Positions 34,562 through 44,413 are shown, numbered from the stretch's first letter. The stretch: 64,000 bases of DNA from Pseudomonadota bacterium (GCA_043747835.1 JAYTOK010000053.1:47809-111808), one strand, 5' to 3'. A program made the numbers and translations. Notes: generated by a model not told the origin, from the letters alone.

Positions 34562-34633
34562 GCTAGACCGAACGGAACGCAATCGCGTTGGTACACTCAA
34601 ACAACTCGACATCGGGTCAAGAGGACATCACCC

Positions 34634-37600
34634 ATGATCACGCTTGGGCTCGCGCGCCGGGTCGCGCTCGCGTTTTGCGCCATCCTTCTGTCAAACATTG
34701 CTCCGGCGCAGGACGCCATCCCGCCCGGTCTTCGCGACTGGCAGGGATGGGTGCTCCGCGGTGAAGAATTCCGGCGCTGTCCCTTCCTCTCGAACGCGTT
34801 GACGGGCTCGGCGCAGCCCATTCCCGAGCACGCCTTCCGCTGCCTGTGGCCCGAGCGGATGACGCTCGCCGTCGACGCGCGCGGCGGCACGTTCACGCAA
34901 CGCTGGCAGGTGTACGCGGACAGCCGGATCGAACTACCGGGCAATGCCGAGCACTGGCCACGCGACGTGCGCGTCAACGGCGCGCCGGCCGCGGTCGTCG
35001 CGGCCCTCGATACGCCGACCCTGCGGCTCGGCCCCGGCACATATACGCTCTCCGGCCGCTTCGCCTGGAGCGCGCGTCCCGAGTCGCTGCCGCTGCCCGC
35101 GTCGACGGCGATCGTCGATCTCTCCGTCGACGGGCAACGCGTCTCTCAGCCCGAGCGTCCCGGTGGCGCCGTGTGGCTCGGCAAGCGTCGCAGCACGGAA
35201 GAGCCTGCCGCGATGGAGGTGCAGGTCTACCGCCTCGTCCAGGACGAGATCCCGGCCTATCTACAGACGCGCATCCGCCTGAACGTCGCGGGCGATGCCC
35301 GCGAGGAGCTGCTGGCGCGCGTGCTGCCCGAGGGTTTCACCGCGATCGCGCTCACGGGCGGCCTGCCCGCACGACTCGAACTCGACGGCCGCCTGCGCGT
35401 GCAGGTGCGCGCCGGCATTCACGAAATCACGCTGTTCGCGCGCGGTGCATCCGTCGCCGACGCACTCGCAAGGCCCGCACCCGGCGAGGGAAAGTGGCCG
35501 CGAGAGGAGATCTGGAGCTTCGCGGCCAACGACACGATGCGCGTGGCCGCCGCCGAAGGTGCCGACGGCATCGATCCCGCGCAGGCGAACGTGCCGACCG
35601 AATGGCGGCAGCTGCCCGCGTTCCGCATGCCGGTGGATGCGAAGCTCACGGTCGTCGAGCGCAGTCGCGGACTCGCGAACACCGATGCGAATCGCCTGTC
35701 TCTCGCGCGAAACCTCTGGCTCGACTTCGATCACGAGGGTTACACCGCCGTCGACCGGATCGTCGGCACGATGCGCCGCGACTGGCGCCTCGACATGCAG
35801 GCGCCGTTCGCGCTCGCGAGCGCGCGGCAGGGCGCCGACCAGTTGCTCGTCACCGAAAGCGCGAAAGGCAGCGGCGGGGTCGAGCTGCGCAGTCCTCGCG
35901 TCAATCTCGAAACCATCGCGCGGAAAACCTCCGGCGGTGGCGGAATGCCCGCGACCGGCTGGAACGAGCGTTTCGATCGCGTGTCGGGCGTCGTGCACCT
36001 GCCGCCCGGTCACCGGCTGCTCGCGGCGATTGGCGCCGACGCCGCGCCGGGATCGTGGTGGGAGAGCTGGGGACTCTGGAATGTGTTCGGCGTGCTGATC
36101 GTCGTCGTGTTCGTGTACTGGGCGGCGGGCGTCGTGCCGGCCGTGGTCGCCGCCGTCGCACTGCTGCTGACGTATCAGGAAGCGCCCGCGTACATCTGGC
36201 TCTGGGGCAACCTGCTCGCCGCGCTCGCGATCGCGCGTGCCGCGCCCGAAGGGAGATTCCGGAATTTCGCGCGTCGCTACCGCACGCTGAGTTTCGTCGT
36301 GCTCGCGATCGCGCTGCTGCCGTTCCTCTGGATGCAGGTTCGCTACGCGTTGTATCCGCAGCTCGAAGGGCCTAGCTACACTCATCCCATTCTCACGGAA
36401 CGAAACAACGGCGAGAATCCGTATGGGCTCGAGGCGTTGTGGTCCGAAGGGCCGAACCTGAATCCGTTCGCCAGCAAGGCCCCAGAGGCCGCAGCGCCGC
36501 CGCCGATCGAAGCGGACATCAGAGAGGATGCGATCGAATTGAACTTCGTTCGGGAGCCGACGGCGATCCAGGACGCCACCGCCGCGGCCACGGATGCCAG
36601 TGCAGCCGCGACCGATGCCGCGGCTGCGGCGACGGAGGCCGCCGCTCCGATTCCACGATCGAAGAACGTTCCGACCCAGGCTCTCGGCGAGAGCTTCGGC
36701 CTCAACTCGCGCCAGGTCGTGCAGCGTTACGCCGCAGGCACGATCCTCCAGGCCGGACCCGGACGGCCCGCCTGGACCTACAGCTCCTATAACTACTACT
36801 GGTCCGGCCCCGTCGAAGCGACCGACACCGTACGGTTTGTCTACATCGGCCCCGTCACGATGTTCTTCTGGCGCCTCATCGGCGTGATCTCGTTGATCGC
36901 GCTGTTCGGCTATCTCGCCGCGCTGAGCTTCGACGGACCTGCGCCTGGCGGTTCGGCGCCTGGCGGTTCGTGGCTCTCGCGCCTGCCCGGCATGCCGCGC
37001 GCCGCGGCCGGCTGGCTCGCGCCGGTGCTGCTGCTCGGTGCGCTCGCGATCCCCGGCAATGCGTTCGCGCAAGGCACGGCCGCACCGGACTCGGCGCTGC
37101 TCGCCGAACTCAAGTCGCGTCTCACGGCAGAGCCGAAGTGCGCGCCGAATTGCGCGGAGATCACTTCCGCGCGAGTCACCGTCGACGGCGACCGGCTCGA
37201 GGTCGTCCTGCAGGTGAGCGCACTCGCGACGCTCGCCGTGGCGATGCCGCACGGGAGCGATCGATGGCAGCTCGACGAGGTCAGTGTCGATGCGCGCGCG
37301 TCGCTCGCCGTCGGCCGCGAGAGCGACTCATCGTTGTGGGTGCCGCTGACTGCCGGCGCGCACACCGTGCGGCTCTCGGGCCGGCTCGCCTCGGCCGAAT
37401 CCGTCCAGCTCGCGTTTCCGCAGGTTCCGCGCACGATCGACGTGAGCGCGCGTGGCTGGACCGCGAACGGCGTCAACGAGGGACGGCTCGTCTCGGGCTC
37501 GCTCGAGCTGGCGCGAATCAAGGAGACGCGCGCGGGCGGCGCGCAGCTCTCGGCGGGCAGCGAATTCCCGGCGTTCGTGCAAGTCGTTCGGCAATTCAAT

Positions 37601-38905
37601 CTCGATCTCGACTGGACGCTCGACACGCGCGTGTCGCGTATCGCACCGGAGCGTGCCGCGATCTCGGTCGAGGTGCCGCTCGTCAGCGGCGAATCGGTAC
37701 TCACGCCCGGCATCGAAGTGCGCAACGGCACCGCGCTCGTGGGGCTGAGCGCGGGGCAGTTGAACCTCGATTGGCACTCCGGGCTCGCGCGCGCGGAAAC
37801 GTTGGAGATCACTCTGCCCGCGGACGCACTGCGCTCCGAAGACTGGAGCTTCAGTGTGAACCCGCAGTGGAACGTGAGCTTCTCGGGCTTCCCGGCGGTG
37901 CTGCCGCAGAGCATCGATGGCGGGAACTGGGTGTTCCGGTTCATCCCGCGCCCGGGCGAGAAGCTCGCGCTCGCGATCACGCGTCCGAAAGGCGTGAAGG
38001 GCACGACGCTCGCCATCGACCGTGTGAGCCGTGAAGTGACCGTCGGCCTGCGCTCGTCGAACACGACGCTCGCGTTCGACTTCCGCAGCACGCAGGGCGG
38101 GCGGCACGTGCTCAAGCTGCCGCTCGACGCGCGCGTCACGTCGGTGACGTTCGACGGGCAATCACAACCGGTGCGGCCAGAGAAGGGCGAGCTGCCGTTG
38201 TCGCTGACGCCAGGAGCGCATCGCTTCGAGGTGTCGTGGGAGGACTCGAAGGACATCGGATTGCGCATGCGCCCGCCGGTAGTCGATCTCGGATCGCCCG
38301 CGAGCAACGTGACCACGCGTGTCGGGATGCCGGATTCGCGCTGGGTCTTGTTCGCGAGCGGGCCGGGCGTTGGCCCCGCGGTGCTCTACTGGGGCGAACT
38401 CGTCGTGTTCATCGGCATGGCGTGGCTGCTGTCGCGCTGGTCGCGCTCGCCGTTGCGATTCACGGAGTGGCTGCTGCTCGGTCTCGGGTTGTCGACGCAG
38501 TCCTGGGCCGTGTTCGCGCTGACGGCCGCGTGGCTGCTCGTGATGCGCTGGCGCGAAGGCTGGCAGCCGTCGGAAGGTCTTGCGCGCTGGCGATTCAACA
38601 CGCTGCAGGTGCTGCTCGCGCTGTTCACCGTGTTCGCGATCTCGACGCTGGTGTTCTCGGGAATCCGCAACGGCCTTCTCGCGCGGCCGGACATGGGCAT
38701 CAAGTCGGTGGGTTACTACGGTGAGAGCCTGCGCTGGTTCCAGGATCAGGTCGCGGGCGTCGTCGAAGCACCGAGTATCTGGTCCGTACCGATGTGGGTG
38801 TATCGCTGGGTGATGCTCGCGTGGGCGATCTGGATGGCGTTCGCTCTGGTGCGGTGGCTGCGGTGGGCGTTCGATTCGTGGAAGACGAACGGCCTGTGGC
38901 GGTGA
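34634..38905 (+). CDS. 1423-aa two-module integral membrane protein of unknown function
   Basis: Track ORF 34208..38905 trimmed to MITLGLARRVALAFCAILLSNIAPAQDA (signal peptide). TM clusters at about 36050-36360 and 38340-38890. An internal signal-like segment lies at about 37010-37075. Consistent codon bias throughout. Confidence 0.75.
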   Translation: MITLGLARRVALAFCAILLSNIAPAQDAIPPGLRDWQGWVLRGEEFRRCPFLSNALTGSAQPIPEHAFRCLWPERMTLAVDARGGTFTQRWQVYADSRIELPGNAEHWPRDVRVNGAPAAVVAALDTPTLRLGPGTYTLSGRFAWSARPESLPLPASTAIVDLSVDGQRVSQPERPGGAVWLGKRRSTEEPAAMEVQVYRLVQDEIPAYLQTRIRLNVAGDAREELLARVLPEGFTAIALTGGLPARLELDGRLRVQVRAGIHEITLFARGASVADALARPAPGEGKWPREEIWSFAANDTMRVAAAEGADGIDPAQANVPTEWRQLPAFRMPVDAKLTVVERSRGLANTDANRLSLARNLWLDFDHEGYTAVDRIVGTMRRDWRLDMQAPFALASARQGADQLLVTESAKGSGGVELRSPRVNLETIARKTSGGGGMPATGWNERFDRVSGVVHLPPGHRLLAAIGADAAPGSWWESWGLWNVFGVLIVVVFVYWAAGVVPAVVAAVALLLTYQEAPAYIWLWGNLLAALAIARAAPEGRFRNFARRYRTLSFVVLAIALLPFLWMQVRYALYPQLEGPSYTHPILTERNNGENPYGLEALWSEGPNLNPFASKAPEAAAPPPIEADIREDAIELNFVREPTAIQDATAAATDASAAATDAAAAATEAAAPIPRSKNVPTQALGESFGLNSRQVVQRYAAGTILQAGPGRPAWTYSSYNYYWSGPVEATDTVRFVYIGPVTMFFWRLIGVISLIALFGYLAALSFDGPAPGGSAPGGSWLSRLPGMPRAAAGWLAPVLLLGALAIPGNAFAQGTAAPDSALLAELKSRLTAEPKCAPNCAEITSARVTVDGDRLEVVLQVSALATLAVAMPHGSDRWQLDEVSVDARASLAVGRESDSSLWVPLTAGAHTVRLSGRLASAESVQLAFPQVPRTIDVSARGWTANGVNEGRLVSGSLELARIKETRAGGAQLSAGSEFPAFVQVVRQFNLDLDWTLDTRVSRIAPERAAISVEVPLVSGESVLTPGIEVRNGTALVGLSAGQLNLDWHSGLARAETLEITLPADALRSEDWSFSVNPQWNVSFSGFPAVLPQSIDGGNWVFRFIPRPGEKLALAITRPKGVKGTTLAIDRVSREVTVGLRSSNTTLAFDFRSTQGGRHVLKLPLDARVTSVTFDGQSQPVRPEKGELPLSLTPGAHRFEVSWEDSKDIGLRMRPPVVDLGSPASNVTTRVGMPDSRWVLFASGPGVGPAVLYWGELVVFIGMAWLLSRWSRSPLRFTEWLLLGLGLSTQSWAVFALTAAWLLVMRWREGWQPSEGLARWRFNTLQVLLALFTVFAISTLVFSGIRNGLLARPDMGIKSVGYYGESLRWFQDQVAGVVEAPSIWSVPMWVYRWVMLAWAIWMAFALVRWLRWAFDSWKTNGLWR

Positions 38906-39233
38906 AATGGGGACATTCCCCGTTTCCTAGCAAAAGGGGACGGGCCTGATCGGTTGCGGGCGCGCCGGACTCCCGACTGAATCTCCTTGCGGCCCTCAGG
39001 GAGATCGCGCTTCAGGAAAGAGTGGGGACATTCTTTCCTGGCGTCCGCTCGTCGTCGCTACGCGCCTTCCTGGCTCTGAAAGGTCGCACTAGACAGGCAC
39101 CACCACGGCGCTGACGCTCCTCCTCGCCGATCTCCATTCGGGCCGCAAGGAGATTCAGTCGGAAGCCGGCGCGTCGGGGCTCTCACTTCAGGCCTGTCCC
39201 CATTTGCTAGGAAACGAGGAATGTCCCCATTTC
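38904..39233. repeat. 330-bp MITE/REP-like long imperfect palindrome (family copy A)
   Basis: Terminal arms 38904-38949 and 39188-39233 are inverted repeats with a few mismatches. A second tier of IR (CGACTGAATCTCCTTGCGGCCC) lies further in. It shares the core AATGGGGACATTCCCCGTTTCCTAGCAAAAGGGGA with 53076 and 60106. Confidence 0.85.
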
Positions 39234-39308
39234 GGAGTGAAAGAGAGAGCGGCCGCGAACGCGGCGGGAAAGGAAAAGTCCGCGGCGCGAGGTGGCGCCG
39301 CGACTCTC

Positions 39309-39701
39309 TTACTCGCAGAGCCCTTCGAGATAACCCTGGGCCACCGGCGACAGACGCTTGCGCGCCAGTTCGCGAGCCTTGGGCTCATCGACGATCTCTT
39401 CCAGCGGGCCGCTCACGAGAATGTGGCGCACGTGCGGATCATGCTCGGCCTTGCGGGCGAGCTTGTTCAGCACGGTGAAACCGCGGGAGATCTTGTCGCT
39501 CTTGAAGCGCCGGTGCTCGATCGAGCTGGCGAGGTACTTGCCGAAGCGGGCGTACAGAAAGTAGTCGTCGTTTCCAACGTGGAAACGGGCTTCAGCAAAG
39601 AAGTCGGGAAAATTCTTCTCTAAATACAGATTGACGGTATGAAGACGGGGTCCAGAGTCGATGTGTTCTTGACGAACTAGTGACCGCACAGATTTCTTCA
39701 T
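39309..39701 (-). CDS. hypothetical 130-aa protein
   Basis: Track ORF trimmed to MKKSVRSLVRQEH, with GGAGG 13 nt upstream. GC is visibly lower toward the 5' end. No family recognised. Confidence 0.6.
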   Translation of the reverse strand: MKKSVRSLVRQEHIDSGPRLHTVNLYLEKNFPDFFAEARFHVGNDDYFLYARFGKYLASSIEHRRFKSDKISRGFTVLNKLARKAEHDPHVRHILVSGPLEEIVDEPKARELARKRLSPVAQGYLEGLCE

Positions 39702-39821
39702 TAAAGTTGTCCACCTCCAACTGGGTCCGGAGCACCATTTCTGGACGTCACGACCGGTTCCCAACCCCGCAACGCGCGCGAAAGATAGAGCCAACTGACT
39801 TCGACTGCAATAGGACGCGCC

Positions 39822-40223
39822 ATGAAATTTCTGCCGGTTCTCATTCTTGCGACGACTCTCTCGGCCTGCGGTGCGCGCTCGAGCGACGAGGAGCGCGTGC
39901 GCGAGCTCTTCGCAAACGCGGAAGAGGCCGCGGAAGCTCGCGACACCTCCGACGTTCTCGCGCTCGTCGCCGACGAATACACCGACGCGCAGGGATTGGA
40001 CAAAACGTCGCTCGGGAATTTCCTGCGCGGGTGGTTCCTCGCGCATCCGCGCGTCGAGCTGACGGTCGTCGTCGAAAGCCTGGAATTTCCCGTCGATGGG
40101 CTCGCGCAGGCAAATATCACCGTGGGGAATCTGGCGCGCGAAGTTGAAGTCGAGCGGATCAAGGTGGAGCTGCGCCGCGACGGCGAGGATTGGCGGGTCG
40201 TGCGCGCCGACCGCCGGCGCTGA
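39822..40223 (+). CDS. lipoprotein, NTF2/SnoaL-like fold suspected
   Basis: Lipobox LSAC. About 115-aa mature domain with a DUF4440/SnoaL-like pattern (VLALVADEYTDAQGLDK...). Confidence 0.65.
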   Translation: MKFLPVLILATTLSACGARSSDEERVRELFANAEEAAEARDTSDVLALVADEYTDAQGLDKTSLGNFLRGWFLAHPRVELTVVVESLEFPVDGLAQANITVGNLAREVEVERIKVELRRDGEDWRVVRADRRR

Positions 40224-40324
40224 GTTACGTCAAACCCGTCTCCATCCGACGACGTTGTGATGCCGATCACCGTTTGCGGTTTAATCCAGATCGATCGGTG
40301 CCGACAAAGGCTGTGAGATAACCG

Positions 40325-40864
40325 ATGCCCGACTACCGAAAACCTCCGCATCAGCCCACATCGCGCCACGAAGGCGCGTCGCGGTCGTCCGCGCATGACG
40401 ATTCCGATGGTTTCAGTATCGAGACGACCCAGATGCGGCTGAAGTCGATCAAGCTCCGCCGCAACGAAGTGGAGGTCGCGCAGGTCTCGAACGCGCCAGT
40501 TCCGAAAGACACGTTTCCGGAAAAATTCATGCAGAGCGACCGGCCCGCGGGCCGCGTCCGTCACGACGAACGCGGCATGGCCGTCTGGGATTGGGCGGTG
40601 GCCTCGGGTGAGTTCGCCGCGCTCTCCGCGACGAACATGATGAAGAAGCTGGAGATCGACGACCTCAAGATCGAAGACACCCAGCGCGCCGTGCGCGCGC
40701 TCGCGCAACCGGCGGGCCGCGACGTCGGCGGCGGTGGCGATCCTTACAACCAGCGTGGTTCGGGTCAGCGTCCCGTCGAAGCCGCGCAGCGCCAGGGCGT
40801 CACGGGCTCGCCCGATCGTCCGCGCAACTCCGTGCTCGACCAGCTCATCGGCACTAAAAAGTAG
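40325..40864 (+). CDS. hypothetical protein
   Basis: 179-aa ORF with good third-position bias and a hydrophilic sequence. No family recognised. The start is uncertain (internal ATGs). Confidence 0.5.
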   Translation: MPDYRKPPHQPTSRHEGASRSSAHDDSDGFSIETTQMRLKSIKLRRNEVEVAQVSNAPVPKDTFPEKFMQSDRPAGRVRHDERGMAVWDWAVASGEFAALSATNMMKKLEIDDLKIEDTQRAVRALAQPAGRDVGGGGDPYNQRGSGQRPVEAAQRQGVTGSPDRPRNSVLDQLIGTKK

Positions 40865-40873
40865 CTCGTCCGG

Positions 40874-42469
40874 CTACTTTGTCTTCTTCTTCGTCTTTCC
40901 GTACTTCTTCTCGTACTCGGCGACTTCCTTCTCGTACTTCGCGTTCGCCTCGTCACGCCGGGCGATGTACTGCTGCATCTGTTCGAGGGTCTCGACGGCC
41001 CAGCGTCGCGTGCCCAGGTCAGTTGCGTAGCGAATCGTGTCCTTGAGATACGGGATCATCGCGTCCGGCTCGGAGGCGCGGCTCTTCAGGTTCGCGAGCG
41101 ACATCGCGATCATCGCGCTCGAGGGCGCGCGCCTGTACGCGGCCACCAGCGCCTGTTCCGCGACATCGAGGTTCTGATTGAGCCGCGTCGCGGCGGTACC
41201 GAATCCCCATAGCGCTTCGACGTCGGCATTGTTGTGCTCGACCGCCTTCGCATACAGCTTGAGCGCGCGCTTCAGATCGAGTTCGCTATCCGCCGTCGAG
41301 CGCTCCCGGAGCGGACTCCACTCCGTCGCATTCGTGAGCAGCACCGCCCCGAGCTCGCGTCGTCCCTCCCAGTCGCCGTCGACGAGCGACTTCTCCGCCT
41401 TGTCGACGGCGCGCGTGAATGCCGCGTTGTCTTCATCGAGCGCGGCGAGCCGTGCCTCGAAGATCGCCGCCCGCGCGGAGTCCGGCTCGCGACGCGCAAG
41501 CGCCTCGACGAGCGGACGCACGCGATCCGGTCCGAGGCTGCGCGTCTCGAGCATGAGATCGATGTAGACGGCGTACGCGTCGTTCTCGGACAACGGCTTT
41601 CCCTCGGGCAGCGTCACGGGCGGAATCTCGCCCAGTGTGATTGCACCGGAGCTCATGTCCGTGCGGCGCGAGTAGTCGCGAAGCATCTTGTCGGCGACAG
41701 ACAAGTCGGGACCGAACGCGGTGCGCGCCGCCTCGGGTTGCGGATGCAGCGTGTTCAGCTCGCGCAGGTACGCGAAGAGCTGCTTGCCGAACTCGCGGTT
41801 CTCGACGAGACCGTAGTGCACGGTCAGCCACGACTGGGAGTAGAACGAGTTCGCGAGCTTGTGCGACTGGTATTCGGGCGAGTGGTTGTCGACCGCGATG
41901 AGGCGATCGAAGGTGATCCAGTCGCCATCGCGCGCTTCGTAGACGCGATGCATGGGGAGCTGCAGGACGGCCATGCCCTTGCTGGTGAACTTCACGTACC
42001 CCATGAGCTCGGCGAGCCCTTCGTTGAACCACGGCGGGTATTCACCCGAGAACTGCGACGAGAGATAGAAGTGCGTGTATTCGTGGAAGACGATGTGCAG
42101 CGAATCCTGCCGCTCGAAGTCGCCGTTCATCGCGATGTAGTTGGAGAATCTTCCGGGCTGGAAGTAACCCGCGATGTTTTCGCGCGGCTGGAAGTACTTC
42201 TGAAAATCGCTCGAGCTCACGATCACGATTTGCGTCGGGAACTGGTTCGGCGTCGCCCGCTTGCCGAGCGTCTTCTCGAGCGTGATGCGGAACTTGAAGA
42301 GATCCTCGATGAAGTCGCGCGCCTGGTTGCGGCTGCGCGAGGTGTAGATCGTGTAGTCGCCAGCGTCGTAGCGGACCAGTTTGCCGACGCGGGGGTCGGC
42401 GGCGAGCGCGGTGGATGCGATGAGCGTCGCGATCGCCGATGCCACCAGAGTTTTCATGCTTCCTCTCAT
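40874..42469 (-). CDS. secreted HExxH metallopeptidase-like protein with C-terminal TPR-like repeats (paralog 2)
   Basis: Start at the ATG in an ATGA overlap with the upstream stop. Signal peptide MKTLVASAIATLIASTALA. HEYTH motif followed by WFNEGLAE (peptidase MA/DUF1570-like). Confidence 0.7.
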   Translation of the reverse strand: MRGSMKTLVASAIATLIASTALAADPRVGKLVRYDAGDYTIYTSRSRNQARDFIEDLFKFRITLEKTLGKRATPNQFPTQIVIVSSSDFQKYFQPRENIAGYFQPGRFSNYIAMNGDFERQDSLHIVFHEYTHFYLSSQFSGEYPPWFNEGLAELMGYVKFTSKGMAVLQLPMHRVYEARDGDWITFDRLIAVDNHSPEYQSHKLANSFYSQSWLTVHYGLVENREFGKQLFAYLRELNTLHPQPEAARTAFGPDLSVADKMLRDYSRRTDMSSGAITLGEIPPVTLPEGKPLSENDAYAVYIDLMLETRSLGPDRVRPLVEALARREPDSARAAIFEARLAALDEDNAAFTRAVDKAEKSLVDGDWEGRRELGAVLLTNATEWSPLRERSTADSELDLKRALKLYAKAVEHNNADVEALWGFGTAATRLNQNLDVAEQALVAAYRRAPSSAMIAMSLANLKSRASEPDAMIPYLKDTIRYATDLGTRRWAVETLEQMQQYIARRDEANAKYEKEVAEYEKKYGKTKKKTK

Positions 42470-43908
42470 TGTGGCGCGGTCTGCCGCAGCAAAGCGCGCA
42501 ACTCCCGCAACCGTTGCGCCGCGCGGATGCGCTGCGCGGAATCGCCGGAGAAGCGCCACGTGTCGATGAGCCACGGCACCATCTTCCCGGGCTCCTCCGC
42601 CGCCTCATGCACCAGCGCTGTGGCCATCGCGAGGTCCGCGTTGTCGGGGACCTGCGCGCGCGCGCGTTCGAGCCGGGCGAGCGCGACGTCGAGACCGACC
42701 TTCCGGTGTGCGGCGGCCAGCGCGAATCCCCACGCGGCCTCGGCATCGCCGGCGTCCGCCTGCAGCGCGCGATCGAGAAGAACATACGCACGTTCGGCAT
42801 ACCCGGGTTCGTCCAGCCGATCGAGCAGCGCGAGCGCCGCCTCGCGCGCGATGCGCGCATCGCCGGCGGGAAGCTTTTCGAGGAGCGCGGCCGCCCGGAC
42901 TTCGTCGGATTCGCGCAGCGCGAGTCGCAGTTGGAGGACGGCGACGTCGGGTGAGTCGGGCGCGAGCGCTGCGGCCTCCGCGATCAACTCGCGCAGGTTC
43001 TGCGGATTGAAGTTCGTGTCGAGCATCACGCGCGCGAGCCGCGTGCGCGCCTCGAGTTCGCTGAGCCGGCGTCCCCTGCCGAGTGACGGCGCATCCGCCG
43101 GCTCGAACTCGATCACGCCCTCGCGGAACAACGGCTGGGAGACGTAGCGCTGCAGGCTCGCATCGAGCGCCGCCAGACTCATGCCGAAGCTGTCCTGCGC
43201 GGCTTCCTCGATCGGCACGAGCCGGTTCAGCGCCGCGAGGAATGTCAGCATCGACGCGCCGAAGGCCGGCTCGTTGATGAGGCCGCGATGCACGATGCCC
43301 CACGATTCCAGATGCACCTCGGGCGATTCCGCGGCGGACAGGTACTCGGGCGAATGCTTGTCGAGCTCGAACAGGCGCGATAGCGGAATCCACGTGCCGC
43401 GGTAGCGTACCGATGGCGTGCCGATGATCGCCCGCCGGCCGTGCAGCTCGGTCGCACCCAGCATCGTCGCGAGACCCTCATCGAACCAGAGCGGATGCAG
43501 GCCACGGAACTGCGTGTGCAGGAACAGGTGCGTGTATTCGTGGAAGACGGCTTCACGCAATTGCTCAGGCAGCAGGTCGGCGTCGATGAGCAGCAGATTC
43601 GAGAACCGCCGCGGCACGAACTCGGCATACACGCCGCTGCCGGGGCGCAGATATGCCTCCCAGACTGCCTCGGTCACGACATAGATCTGTGTGGCGGTGC
43701 CCGTCGGCCTGACTTCGCGCGCCAGCGTGCGCGAGAGCACGCGTTCGAAATTCGCGATCTGCCGCGCGATGCGGCCGGCGTTCACGCCGTCGGCGACGAC
43801 CAACGAATAGGTGGGCGTTTCGTAGAGCCGCAGGATCCCGATGTCGGGAGTTTCAGCGGTCGCCCTCACAGCGAGGCCGAGTGCCAATGCTGTGAGCAAC
43901 CGGAGCAT
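42466..43908 (-). CDS. secreted HExxH metallopeptidase-like protein with C-terminal TPR-like repeats (paralog 1)
   Basis: Signal peptide MLRLLTALALGLAVRATA. HEYTH motif followed by WFDEGLAT. Helical repeat tail. Confidence 0.7.
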   Translation of the reverse strand: MLRLLTALALGLAVRATAETPDIGILRLYETPTYSLVVADGVNAGRIARQIANFERVLSRTLAREVRPTGTATQIYVVTEAVWEAYLRPGSGVYAEFVPRRFSNLLLIDADLLPEQLREAVFHEYTHLFLHTQFRGLHPLWFDEGLATMLGATELHGRRAIIGTPSVRYRGTWIPLSRLFELDKHSPEYLSAAESPEVHLESWGIVHRGLINEPAFGASMLTFLAALNRLVPIEEAAQDSFGMSLAALDASLQRYVSQPLFREGVIEFEPADAPSLGRGRRLSELEARTRLARVMLDTNFNPQNLRELIAEAAALAPDSPDVAVLQLRLALRESDEVRAAALLEKLPAGDARIAREAALALLDRLDEPGYAERAYVLLDRALQADAGDAEAAWGFALAAAHRKVGLDVALARLERARAQVPDNADLAMATALVHEAAEEPGKMVPWLIDTWRFSGDSAQRIRAAQRLRELRALLRQTAPQ

Positions 43909-43918
43909 GGGGCGCGAT

Positions 43919-44404
43919 CTACTCCGCCGGACCGCGGCAGCTCGACGGCAGGAATTTGTCGTCGATGTCGGTGCGGTTCTCGCCGACGGCCTCCATGCCC
44001 TCGGGCACGGAGCGGCGACCGCAGCGCCACGACATCGGGCTCGCGGGGCTGCCGGTCACGACCAGCGGCTGCAGCGTGATGACGTGGCCTTCGATGAGCT
44101 TGTTCGCGTGATTGCCCATGTGGACGTGCAGCGCGCCGTTCTCGACGTCGATCGACTTGACGTAGTTGCCGATCAGTTTGTCGGCCTGCGGAACGCCCGC
44201 CTCGCGATTGGTGTTCGGCATGCGCCCGCGCTCCTTTCTGAATTCCTGCACGGAGCCCTTGATCTCGCTCGCGAGCGAGAACGCTTCGACCACCTGCGCG
44301 CGCACGGTGTAATCCTGGTACGACGGAATCGCGATCGACGCGAGGATGCCGACGATCGCGATGACGATCATGAGCTCGATGAGAGTGAAGCCGCGGTGTC
44401 GCAT
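43919..44404 (-). CDS. pilA: type IV pilin PilA
   Basis: Class III signal MRHRG|[27 protein letters not shown] with Phe1/Glu5. C-terminal Cys pair. GAGGAA RBS overlaps the upstream stop. Confidence 0.9.
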   Translation of the reverse strand: MRHRGFTLIELMIVIAIVGILASIAIPSYQDYTVRAQVVEAFSLASEIKGSVQEFRKERGRMPNTNREAGVPQADKLIGNYVKSIDVENGALHVHMGNHANKLIEGHVITLQPLVVTGSPASPMSWRCGRRSVPEGMEAVGENRTDIDDKFLPSSCRGPAE

Positions 44405-44413
44405 GGTTGTTCC

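Noticed and set aside
34208-34633. 142-codon N-terminal extension of the giant ORF
   Set aside because: The extension is antisense to the DUF924 gene and has junk composition. The ATG at 34634 gives a clean signal peptide.
35261-37252. 663-aa minus-strand ORF, and the similar 36910..38316 ORF
   Set aside because: Both are antisense to the giant membrane-protein gene. The composition is Arg/Gly/Ala-rich and lacks hydrophobic structure. The third-position GC bias favours the plus-strand frame.
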